Shown: positions 1 through 8,947 of the stretch, in pieces
Position numbering within the stretch: position 1 is the stretch's first letter
Layout: every line of letters begins with the position of its first letter
The notes under the pieces: model-generated
Told to the model about the DNA's origin: nothing
Databases searched by the model: none
Seen by the model: the letters and a program-made list of their open reading frames with translations, nothing else
Program-made: the position numbers and the translations under genes
IMG/VR virus record: IMGVR_UViG_3300045009_000924
Span: 39,249 to 103,248 of that record
DNA from: a virus
Strand: one strand, 5' to 3'
DNA length: 64,000 bases

Positions 1-1
1 C

Positions 2-3000
2 AGAAGAGTTGGCCCACTACTTCCTAAAATTGGAGAAACTTTTGCATTTCTTGCTGGCACAAATGAGGAATTAATACAAAAAGCATTTGAGTACGCCCAA
101 CTTTTGAACAACGAAGTCCAGATGGAAACACTTGCATGGATTATTAGAAATCCCGGCAAGACTCCACCACCAGGGCTTGTTCCTCAAATAACTATCGCTC
201 CCAAAAAATTCGACGATATTCTTACGTTTCTTAAGCACTACGCCTGGGTTTTGGATAGCGCAAAGGGACGTGCAGGAAAAAAACCGCCCAAATCTCCATT
301 TATAGGAAACCTGTGGACTAGAGAACAAATTAAAAGAGAAGCTTTAAGGCCGGGCAAAACACAGCTTAGAACAATGTGGAGAATACTTCACCCCCGCAAC
401 GGCCAACCAATGCACCCACGAAGACTTATACACCTAATGGAGGGAGGAATGCGAAGAACTGGTGTTTTGGGACCAGACGGCCGAGAGACACTTGTGTTCG
501 AACCAGCAGTCATTCTCCCTGAACGCAAGGTACTAAAAATTGAAACACAATTTCATTTTCTTCATGCAAAAAAAGAAAAAGGCGAATTAAGCATCGAAGA
601 ATTGAAAAATCAACCAACAACAAAATTAAGCAACAGAGCAGACGTAACCGACACCTCTCTTAATAAAGTGACCGTGTTGGCTGGCAAAGGCAAAGGCGAC
701 TCTGCGCAACAGTCGGATATTCACTGGCATCTTGAAATGGAACAACAAGATAGCAGTGGTAAATGGAAAGTAATTGACGGAACATGGGACCACAACTCCA
801 AAAAACCAGGACGATGGACTGGGCGAGTCATACTAACTGGACAGGGACTCAGTGGCTCAAAGTTAAGGGGAGGCGGACAAGGTAAACGAAGACCAGCTGG
901 GTATTATCAAGAAGATGTAAAAAGAATAACCACAAGAGACCCCAGATTCAAAAAATATTTTGTTTATGAAGAAAGCATGGGAGTGATTAGGCGTGCCGCC
1001 GCTGCAGGGCAGGGTGAAACAACTTCACGAAACGACCAATATGCGATAGACATAAAAGACGTTGATGGAAGCGAAGAAAGACTGTCAGAAATAATACGGG
1101 AAGTTTCACAGGAAATACTCAAAGCGGCAAACACAAATGGGGCAGATGCAACGATAACGACAGCGCAACTATTTAAAGGACTCGAAGCACATACCATCGT
1201 GATAGGTGAGGCTTTCCAAAATGCATTTGACGAAGAAAGAGAAGCGTTTAAAAGAGTCGGTAAAAAATCACCACAAATGAGAGAAATGTTGAATACTGTA
1301 TATGTCGCTTTAACTAGAGCAGAAAAACAAATTGACATTGGCGAAAGAATCGCCAAACTTTATTTTAATAGAGATAGCAGGCGGCGAGCCATAGACCACA
1401 TAAATGACGAAATTGCAAAACTTAGAAAATCTGGAAAGCCAGAAGATTTGACACTTGCAGATGCTCTCGAAATTCCCCAAAATCATTTTTACGGCATTGA
1501 TGACGACGACCCGAGAAGACCAGGACTACCAACCCCCACCTCACGGTCGGATGATGACGATACACGGGTGAATGAGGAGGCAGATAATGCCGAAATAGAA
1601 GTAGATAATGCCGAACTAGAAGAGGATGAAAACATAGTTCCCAACAAAGATAATGATGATGATGATGGGGAACCAACTGTTGATGAAGACAACATTGCCG
1701 GCAAGGATGATGAACAAAATGAGGATGAAACCTCTTATGTCAACTCTGGCAGGGTGAGCTCCGGAAGAGAAAATAACATAGTGGCAGTGTTGGGCAACCG
1801 GCCACGACGAGGAGTTCTCTCTCGGGAAGCTCAAAAAATTTGGGATACAAACTTCCCCGAGCAATTGAATAAAATAATAAAAAATAACAATAAAAATGAT
1901 GTATTGTCCCTTTATTCAGATACAACAAAATCAGAAATATCAAAAATATATAGAGGAAAAAATCGCTCATCGACTTTTTCGGAGAACCCGGATTTGGGGT
2001 TGGACCCAGACCACGAAGAGACGGAGTTTGATTTCTTCAATGTAAACCAAAAAGATTTTGAAAAAGCAAACAAGTTAATTAATCGGGTCGGCAAAGTATC
2101 AAATGTTGTCTGGGCACTGAAAAATTCAAACGATAAAAATTCAAGTCCCAAAACACAGCTGGCTGCGAAAAAAATACTCAATGATGCACGGTATGACCGA
2201 CTTTCATCTGGCAGGGCCGACAGAAGAGTAATTAAGAGTCTTGACGACGTCAAACAAAACATGAAGTATGACCACAGCAGGGCTGCGGATTACAAAATGA
2301 CGGACGAGCAAATAAATATATCCGATGCAGTAATGACAGGGGACAACATTGTTGTTCGAGCCCTTGCGGGAACTGGAAAAACCTCAACCTTGCTGTCGAC
2401 CGCAAAACGATTGCTTGACCAAGAGCCAGACAAGAGAATTGTCTATTTGACGTTTACAAGAAAAATGGCAGAAGAAGCAAGAAAAAAATTTAAAGATTAC
2501 CCCAATGTTGAAGTTAGAACTTGGGACTCCGTTGGATTTGGAATTATTGGAACAAACGAAAAACTTGCACGAAAAACAAATTCACAAAATCCAGGAATAA
2601 TCGGCGTCGGAAATAATGAAGATGTTGCTAACCATTACGGATTTCAGGATGATTTTGAACAAATTCAAGTAAAAAACAAACAGGGAGATTTGGTTCCAGA
2701 AACTGTTGGCTTAACCAGAAGACAAAGAGCTGCACTAATGGCAAGAGCGGCAACAGAATTTTCAACTGGAAAAAATCAAAAAACTAACAGACCCTATACG
2801 GAAATGAACAAATCTCTAATTGGAATCGCTGCTTCTAAAATGGGGATAAATAGACTCAGTGACAGACAAATCGAAGAACTCGTCCGTCAAGCTCAAAAAT
2901 TTTGGAACGATTCATTCGATGAAAATAGTCCACTGGAAATGTCAAGAAGTTATATTTTGAAAAAATGGTCATTAACAAACCCCGACCTTGGCACTGGCGC

Positions 3001-6000
3001 TGGTATGAAAAAAAATGTTGATGGCAATGACATAATTTTCTTCGATGAAGCACAAGATGCCAATCCGGTGATGACTGATGTCATTAGAAATCAAAAAATT
3101 CAATGGATAGCGGTGGGCGACAGTAATCAAGCAATTTATGAATTCAGGGGCGCCGTTGACGAATTGGAAGACCTTGAAGCTCCATATCAACTAACGCTCA
3201 CAAAAACATTTAGATTTGGCAAAGAAATACAGGCTATTGCAAACAGATTTCTCAAAGCTCATGAAACAAAACTGACAAACGAAGAAGACGAAACACCAAT
3301 ATTCGCAAAATTGAGAATCGACGCAGCTGGTCCAGAGGGAATAATTCTCGATTCCGAGGAAATGTTTCCCAAAGGAATTGCCGTTTCTGCAACTAGGGAA
3401 ACAAAGAAAAATGGAAGTAAGGAAACACTTGCATTTTTGTCACAAACAAATGCAAAATCTTTTGAAAGAATAATTAATGAACAAGACAATGGTCGAAAAA
3501 CAGGGTCAACAACTACATTTAAGAATGACCTGACCGGAATGATTGACCACATGGAATGGTTGCAGGGTGGTAAGAAGACTGAAAAACCTAAGAATGTATT
3601 TCCGCCGCTGTGGAGCGTAAAAAATTGGGACGAACTTGCCAAGGCCGCAGGCCCACTTGGAGAGGGGGGAGCAACCGAGCTAGGAGGGGGAGCACCGGAA
3701 GAATCAGTTGAAAATGTCGACGTAAGTCAACAGGCACTTACCGCTTACAGATTATTTGCTAAATATAACTTTAACTGGTCAAAAATGAGACAACATGTAG
3801 CAAATATACAAACACTTGATGGCGGAGATGTAATAAGTAGAAAGATAACTGCTGCAGATTTGCTCGATGAATTTGAACCAGTGGAAATTGTTGATGGCGG
3901 AGTTTTGTCGGCAAGCTGGAACCCACGAACAAAACAAATTGTTTTGAAAAACGAGGGGGGAGATTGGGGGCAATTCACTGCTTACAAAGACCTATTGATA
4001 AAAGGCAAATACAAATTTACCTGGGGGGACCCAGCCGGTAAATACGGCAGAAAAACAGAACAACCAGGATGGCACCTGGAAGTTCCCAATGTTGATGCTG
4101 CTGCTTCAACTCTCAATAATCTTGCTAAAGATATTGAAATTGGTATACCGGGTGGTGATTCTCCGGAGTTTTCTTCACTTCAAACTTTTTCCCCCATTGT
4201 TGAGGGGAGCGGGAGCATACCCAATTATTTGAGCGGCGCGAAATACATCGATGATAAAAGAAACACAAAAACAGTTAACTCCGAAATAACACTTCGTTTC
4301 AAGCGAGCAGATGGAAAATTTGTTGCCGTGGCGGATGGAAACACATTCCAAGTAAAAAACGTACTCAAGGGACAAGACCCCAAAACCAAAAAGTCAACAT
4401 TTGCATGGTCGTCAAAAGATAAACCCCAATTTGGCGAACCAAATAAATGGGTTACCTCAGCAGACACAATTGAGGAATTGTACGAAAAACTTGAAAACCT
4501 CCGAAAAGTTAATAATTTAAGCGGTGGTTCCTCCTTCTTGCTGCAACCAACACCATTGCAGGGGGCGGCGAAGAATAGTGTTGACATAGTTGCGCAAACA
4601 GCACATAGGTCCAAAGGACTGGAATTCGACAATGTTATTTTGGCGGGTGATTTCAAGGCACCGAAATGGGAGGAACTAGCTGAGGAATTAATAGTAAAAA
4701 TGCAAAAAGATGGAAGAGTTATATCTAAAGAAGACATTGGTTCTCTTAAGGAATTTTTGGAACTTCTTACACCCAAAGAGAGAGAAGAATTTAAGAAAAA
4801 GATAATTAAATCGATGGGAGCTGAAGAAATTCGATTGCAATATGTTGCCGCAACAAGGGCAATGCGAAGACTTGTTCCGGGTTCACTTTCATGGATATTC
4901 GACGTCACCGACAATGAGGACGAAGAATTTAAAAAAGTGGACATTTCGAAACCAAAGACACCAACAAGAAGAGCGGAAAGAAGAAATAGAAACACACAAG
5001 AGGGGGATGACAGGGTCTCGTCTGGCAGAGACCGAGACGAATCTGAAATTGACCCCGATTATCCAATCGCAACAGAGGAAGAGCGTAGACAGAACGAATA
5101 TGAAATGGGCCTGGATAATGAGGTAGACGAAAGAATTAGAGAAGGAGACAAAAAGAGCAGGAGACAGATAGAAAAGGAAATAAACCAAAGAGACGTAGAT
5201 GCTGGAGATGAACAGGCAAAAGTAAAACAAAGAGAAATTATCGATAGAGATAAAAGATTGCAAAGTTCTGAAATTGACCCCGATTATCCAATCGCAACAG
5301 AGGAAGAGCGTAGACAGAACGAATATGAAATGGGCCTGGATAATGAGGTAGACGAAAGAATTAGAGAAGGAGACAAAAAGAGCAGGAGACAGATAGAAAA
5401 GGAAATAAACCAAAGAGACGTAGATGCTGGAGATGAACAGGCAAAAGTAAAACAAAGACAAATTATCGATAGAGATAAAAGATTGCAAAGTGGCGCTGAC
5501 CAAACGACAGAAGAGGGAAGGCTGGCAAGAAGAAACAGAAAAAACAATAATATTGACGATTCTGGCGATGGGCGAATCAGCAGTGGCCGCGACACGGTGT
5601 CTGCTCGAATCGTAGAAAAAATGCACGGCTTTAGTGCTGACAATGATGAAAATGAATCGGCGAGACGCGCATGGGAGAGAATAAAAGAAAAAGGTTGGTT
5701 GATTGACCCATCGGGTGTCACTGGCGAGGGAATAGACAAAAAGAAAATCGAATCAACATCTATTGGAATGGCAAATATTGGTTCGAGAATAGCCGCCAGA
5801 AACAGAAAAATAAAAATTGGTGACATATCAAAAAATAATCCTGATTCAGCAAATCAAGAAACATGGATGCTTCCTGTTGAAAAACTTAAAAAAATGATAC
5901 GAATACCCACCAAATGGGACCCCGAAACTGGCGACGTAATTGAAAGACGGGAATTAAGTAGCGCAGAATTGGGGACAATGCTCAATTTGACTATTAGCGA

Positions 6001-7120
6001 ATCCAGAAAATTAAATTCACCCAATGCGGGATTGTCGTTTAATGATGTCATGTATTTGATTGCAGAAATCGGAAACGAGCCAAGATTTGATTCATGGAGA
6101 CTTTTCTCGCCGACAACTCTTGATGAATCTGGAGTTTCCGAATCAGACTATATGCAGAGAGCTATAGATAATTTAGGAAGAGCAAAACTTAGGGAGAGAT
6201 TTGTTCTGGAAACATTTGGCAAAGATGCATTCCCCATGTACATCGGGAGAAACGAAAAAAATAGGATATCCCAATCCGAATATGAAAAAATGGACTCTGA
6301 TAAAAGATTTGAATATGGTGGAATTTTTAAAGATGATGGTTCTTCGGAAGATGCAAATACGGAATTGATGTATGAAGGAATGCGGTCTGATTCCCCAATT
6401 CCATTCACGCAAAATATAAATAAAACAAATACGACAACGCCAATTTCTCCCGTTTCTTCAAATGCAAAAACAATGAGAGCAGAATTCAGATTGAGCGAAT
6501 TATTGGCAGCTCTGGGAATATCGGGAGAAGAAACAATTGCCGAAAAAGATAAAAAATTAAATTCATTTCTTAGCAGAAGTTCAATAGGTGAACAATCGAG
6601 AAAAACTATTGGAAGATGGGAAGCGATGGGTGTTCCCACTTCCGTTATTTCCGAAATGATTAAATCCGGGATTATAAAAGACGCAGCATCAGTGTTTAAA
6701 AATACCGATGTCGGAAGAAGGCTTGACATGGAATTGTCGAGACCAAAATATTCAGTTTATGAAGCGTTGCTTAATTTTATTAAAGAAACACAAGGTAGTT
6801 CGCCAAAAAATACAAGAAAAACAGTTTCCGACATACTTGACGCAACTGATGCTTACAACTACCTTCCGCAAATAGCAAAAGCCAAAGGTTCGATGCCATA
6901 TTCTGCAAACGTCGGCGATATTCCCAGGTACTCAGATTCCGAATTGCAGCAAATAGTAAATCGTTTCAATAATATTTTTGGAACCCAACACACAATTGAT
7001 GATATTTTTAGCGACGAGCAAATTCGGCAGGCAAGAGAGAGAATAGAAAAAGATGGAATTCATACGCCAATCGGCAAACCGAATGTAAGAACAAAACTAA
7101 AAAATGAAAATAATGAGTAA
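2..7120 (+). CDS. Giant polyvalent protein A (>2372 aa, 5'-truncated) containing a UvrD/Rep-like SF1 helicase module between RLSSG-type linkers
   Basis: The frame is open from base 2 (RRVGPLLPKIG...), so the tracked TTG start at 104 is probably not the real start. SF1 motifs: ALAGTGKT (2360-2383), FFDEAQD (~3044), VGDSNQAIYEFRGA, LTKTFRFG, TAHRSKGLEFD, YVAATRA (~4841). Six R[LIV]xS[GS] linkers. Confidence 0.85.
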   Translation, partial: RRVGPLLPKIGETFAFLAGTNEELIQKAFEYAQLLNNEVQMETLAWIIRNPGKTPPPGLVPQITIAPKKFDDILTFLKHYAWVLDSAKGRAGKKPPKSPFIGNLWTREQIKREALRPGKTQLRTMWRILHPRNGQPMHPRRLIHLMEGGMRRTGVLGPDGRETLVFEPAVILPERKVLKIETQFHFLHAKKEKGELSIEELKNQPTTKLSNRADVTDTSLNKVTVLAGKGKGDSAQQSDIHWHLEMEQQDSSGKWKVIDGTWDHNSKKPGRWTGRVILTGQGLSGSKLRGGGQGKRRPAGYYQEDVKRITTRDPRFKKYFVYEESMGVIRRAAAAGQGETTSRNDQYAIDIKDVDGSEERLSEIIREVSQEILKAANTNGADATITTAQLFKGLEAHTIVIGEAFQNAFDEEREAFKRVGKKSPQMREMLNTVYVALTRAEKQIDIGERIAKLYFNRDSRRRAIDHINDEIAKLRKSGKPEDLTLADALEIPQNHFYGIDDDDPRRPGLPTPTSRSDDDDTRVNEEADNAEIEVDNAELEEDENIVPNKDNDDDDGEPTVDEDNIAGKDDEQNEDETSYVNSGRVSSGRENNIVAVLGNRPRRGVLSREAQKIWDTNFPEQLNKIIKNNNKNDVLSLYSDTTKSEISKIYRGKNRSSTFSENPDLGLDPDHEETEFDFFNVNQKDFEKANKLINRVGKVSNVVWALKNSNDKNSSPKTQLAAKKILNDARYDRLSSGRADRRVIKSLDDVKQNMKYDHSRAADYKMTDEQINISDAVMTGDNIVVRALAGTGKTSTLLSTAKRLLDQEPDKRIVYLTFTRKMAEEARKKFKDYPNVEVRTWDSVGFGIIGTNEKLARKTNSQNPGIIGVGNNEDVANHYGFQDDFEQIQVKNKQGDLVPETVGLTRRQRAALMARAATEFSTGKNQKTNRPYTEMNKSLIGIAASKMGINRLSDRQIEELVRQAQKFWNDSFDENSPLEMSRSYILKKWSLTNPDLGTGAGMKKNVDGNDIIFFDEAQDANPVMTDVIRNQKIQWIAVGDSNQAIYEFRGAVDELEDLEAPYQLTLTKTFRFGKEIQAIANRFLKAHETKLTNEEDETPIFAKLRIDAAGPEGIILDSEEMFPKGIAVSATRETKKNGSKETLAFLSQTNAKSFERIINEQDNGRKTGSTTTFKNDLTGMIDHMEWLQGGKKTEKPKNVFPPLWSVKNWDELAKAAGPLGEGGATELGGGAPEESVENVDVSQQALTAYRLFAKYNFNWSKMRQHVANIQTLDGGDVISRKITAADLLDEFEPVEIVDGGVLSASWNPRTKQIVLKNEGGDWGQFTAYKDLLIKGKYKFTWGDPAGKYGRKTEQPGWHLEVPNVDAAASTLNNLAKDIEIGIPGGDSPEFSSLQTFSPIVEGSGSIPNYLSGAKYIDDKRNTKTVNSEITLRFKRADGKFVAVADGNTFQVKNVLKGQDPKTKKSTFAWSSKDKPQFGEPNKWVTSADTIEELYEKLENLRKVNNLSGGSSFLLQPTPLQGAAKNSVDIVAQTAHRSKGLEFDNVILAGDFKAPKWEELAEELIVKMQKDGRVISKEDIGSLKEFLELLTPKEREEFKKKIIKSMGAEEIRLQYVAATRAMRRLVPGSLSWIFDVTDNEDEEFKKVDISKPKTPTRRAERRNRNTQEGDDRVSSGRDRDESEIDPDYPIATEEERRQNEYEMGLDNEVDERIREGDKKSRRQIEKEINQRDVDAGDEQAKVKQREIIDRDKRLQSSEIDPDYPIATEEERRQNEYEMGLDNEVDERIREGDKKSRRQIEKEINQRDVDAGDEQAKVKQRQIIDRDKRLQSGADQTTEEGRLARRNRKNNNIDDSGDGRISSGRDTVSARIVEKMHGFSADNDENESARRAWERIKEKGWLIDPSGVTGEGIDKKKIESTSIGMANIGSRIAARNRKIKIGDISKNNPDSANQETWMLPVEKLKKMIRIPTKWDPETGDVIERRELSSAELGTMLNLTISESRKLNSPNAGLSFNDVMYLIAEIGNEPRFDSWRLFSPTTLDESGVSESDYMQRAIDNLGRAKLRERFVLETFGKDAFPMYIGRNEKNRISQSEYEKMDSDKRFEYGGIFKDDGSSEDANTELMYEGMRSDSPIPFTQNINKTNTTTPISPVSSNAKTMRAEFRLSELLAALGISGEETIAEKDKKLNSFLSRSSIGEQSRKTIGRWEAMGVPTSVISEMIKSGIIKDAASVFKNTDVGRRLDMELSRPKYSVYEALLNFIKETQGSSPKNTRKTVSDILDATDAYNYLPQIAKAKGSMPYSANVGDIPRYSDSELQQIVNRFNNIFGTQHTIDDIFSDEQIRQARERIEKDGIHTPIGKPNVRTKLKNENNE
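5042..5491 (+). repeat. In-frame tandem duplication, 2 x 225 bp (75 aa)
   Basis: The unit starts tctgaaattgacccc at 5042 and again at 5267. I see only one substitution (REII vs RQII). Confidence 0.95.
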
Positions 7121-7155
7121 AGAGAAGTAATAAACTTTTTAAATATTGCTAATAC

Positions 7156-7183
7156 ATGACAGTTGGTCGTGATAGGTTATAAT
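7156..7183 (+). promoter_or_regulatory. Putative sigma70-type promoter
   Basis: ATGACA (7156-7161), 16-bp spacer, TATAAT (7178-7183), in the gap upstream of the 7247 gene. Confidence 0.5.
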
Positions 7184-7246
7184 TTAGAGACATTTAAATA
7201 ACGGTTAATGCCAGCAACGGTATTTTCCTGCACACACAGGAGTTCT

Positions 7247-8917
7247 ATGAGCTACAGCGAAAAGGCAAATGTAAGCGTCGACGCGGACGGGAATGTACTC
7301 AAATGCGCCAAAGGCGCTAACGCTGGCGAATGCGGTTTTGTCAAGGGTGCTGCGATTTGTGCTAAATGCGGCGCAATACCAGTGGAAATGAAAATGGTGC
7401 CTGTTTCCGAAGTTGAAGAAGAAGAAATGATGGAAGAAACCGAAGGGGAAATGCCGAAAAAAACCAGAAAGAAGAAACTTAAAAAAGAATCCGGTGCTTA
7501 TGCGTCAATGGATGATGACGAGGAAGACATGGAGGGGGAGGAGATGGGCAAAAAGGAAATGGCAATGGATGATGATGATTCCGAAATGATGGAGGATGAA
7601 GTTACCGAAGAGGAAGAAGTTCCTACAAAGTCTAAAAAATCTTGGAAAAGAACAAAAGGAAAAGCCGCCCATGCATCCATGGACGACGAAGAGGAAATGG
7701 ACGAAGAGGAAATGCCATCCGAAGAGGAGGAGGAAGTCGTTGAAGAGACGGGAGAGGAAGACGAGGAAGTTGAAGTTGAAGAAGAGGTAGACGAGGAGGA
7801 AATTGAAGAAGACGAAATGAAGTCCAGTTATGCGCGTCGCCGAAAAATGGGCAAAAAAGCAGCCGTTGATATGGAGGCGGAAGACGAAGAAGAGCTCGAA
7901 GACGAAGAGGTGACGGACGAAGAAGAGGAAATGACGGACGAAGAAGAGGAAATGGGTGAAAAATCTTTTACTCCATCAGATACTTATTGGGAAGAGGTTC
8001 GTCGCTCAAGAATAAATTCACTTGGAATCAAATCGGCAGACCTGGGTGCTTTTGGTTATTTGTGTGCTCTTGAAAGAAAGGCATATCCGGGTTCGTCTCC
8101 GGTTTGTGATGATTGCCCTGGTGGCTGCGTTGCGGAGAAGGGTCTGCCCGGCATTCTTCACGCCGAGGGCGTGGCAGAACAAATGTTTGACGGCGTCGTC
8201 ATTGACTCTGGATATTCGCCAGATGCGGATATGTTTGTCGTTGACGTACAAGGAAAAGATGGTGTAGTAAAAGAAGTCTTTGTTGACGGAACAAGTGCCG
8301 AAATAATGGGATTTCATAAACTAGACATTTCCGAATTCGAACAAAAATCGGATTATTCAGAATACAAACTTATTGATTTTACCGAAGCCGCAGAAATAGC
8401 GATTAAATCAATTGACGGCCATGTTGTGGCTGTCGAACCGGACGTATTTGAAGGTTTTGATACATACGCTGTTGAAATTGAGGGATTTGACGGGAAATCA
8501 TATGATGTTTTTGTTTCTCTTGATGGAGAGGTTCTTGGATACGACAGATACGAGCAAGATGAAGCAATTGAAATAGAAGCCGAAGCGGCAGAAATAGCGA
8601 TGAAGCGTGCTTTTTCTGAAGAAAAGCGGCAAGAGTTGGCTAAATCCGGCATGGCGTTACCGGATGGCTCTTATCCAATAGTTTCGGAAACTGACTTGAG
8701 AAATGCCATTCAAGCATTTGGTCGCGCCAAAGACAAGGAATCCGCAAAGAAGCACATAATGAAACGCGCAAGAGCGCTAAAACTCGAGAGCTTAATTCCT
8801 GCAAACTGGCTTGCTGGCGCAAGCGAGAAAAGTGAAAAAGAGGTGGATGATGCTTCATTCATGGCTTCACTTGTTGAATTCCAGCTTCTCGAAGACCAAA
8901 TCGACAGCGACAATTAA
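7247..8917 (+). CDS. Highly acidic putative head/scaffold-associated protein with Cys clusters, two PepSY-like domains and a conserved C-terminal phage domain
   Basis: SD CAGGAG precedes ATG 7247. Cys cluster C..C..CAKC, then a ~200-aa E/D/M-rich tract. Two PepSY-like repeats (AEGVAEQMFDGVV...KEVFVDG; AAEIAIKSIDGHVV...YDVFVSLDG). C-terminal motif ALPDGSYPI..DLRNAIQAFGRA. Confidence 0.65.
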   Translation: MSYSEKANVSVDADGNVLKCAKGANAGECGFVKGAAICAKCGAIPVEMKMVPVSEVEEEEMMEETEGEMPKKTRKKKLKKESGAYASMDDDEEDMEGEEMGKKEMAMDDDDSEMMEDEVTEEEEVPTKSKKSWKRTKGKAAHASMDDEEEMDEEEMPSEEEEEVVEETGEEDEEVEVEEEVDEEEIEEDEMKSSYARRRKMGKKAAVDMEAEDEEELEDEEVTDEEEEMTDEEEEMGEKSFTPSDTYWEEVRRSRINSLGIKSADLGAFGYLCALERKAYPGSSPVCDDCPGGCVAEKGLPGILHAEGVAEQMFDGVVIDSGYSPDADMFVVDVQGKDGVVKEVFVDGTSAEIMGFHKLDISEFEQKSDYSEYKLIDFTEAAEIAIKSIDGHVVAVEPDVFEGFDTYAVEIEGFDGKSYDVFVSLDGEVLGYDRYEQDEAIEIEAEAAEIAMKRAFSEEKRQELAKSGMALPDGSYPIVSETDLRNAIQAFGRAKDKESAKKHIMKRARALKLESLIPANWLAGASEKSEKEVDDASFMASLVEFQLLEDQIDSDN

Positions 8918-8947
8918 AAAAACGTCGCCCGCATTATCGGGTGGAAA

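Noticed and set aside
104-106. TTG at 104 as the start of polyprotein A
   Set aside because: The frame is open back to base 2 and there is no SD, so the gene probably starts upstream of the window.
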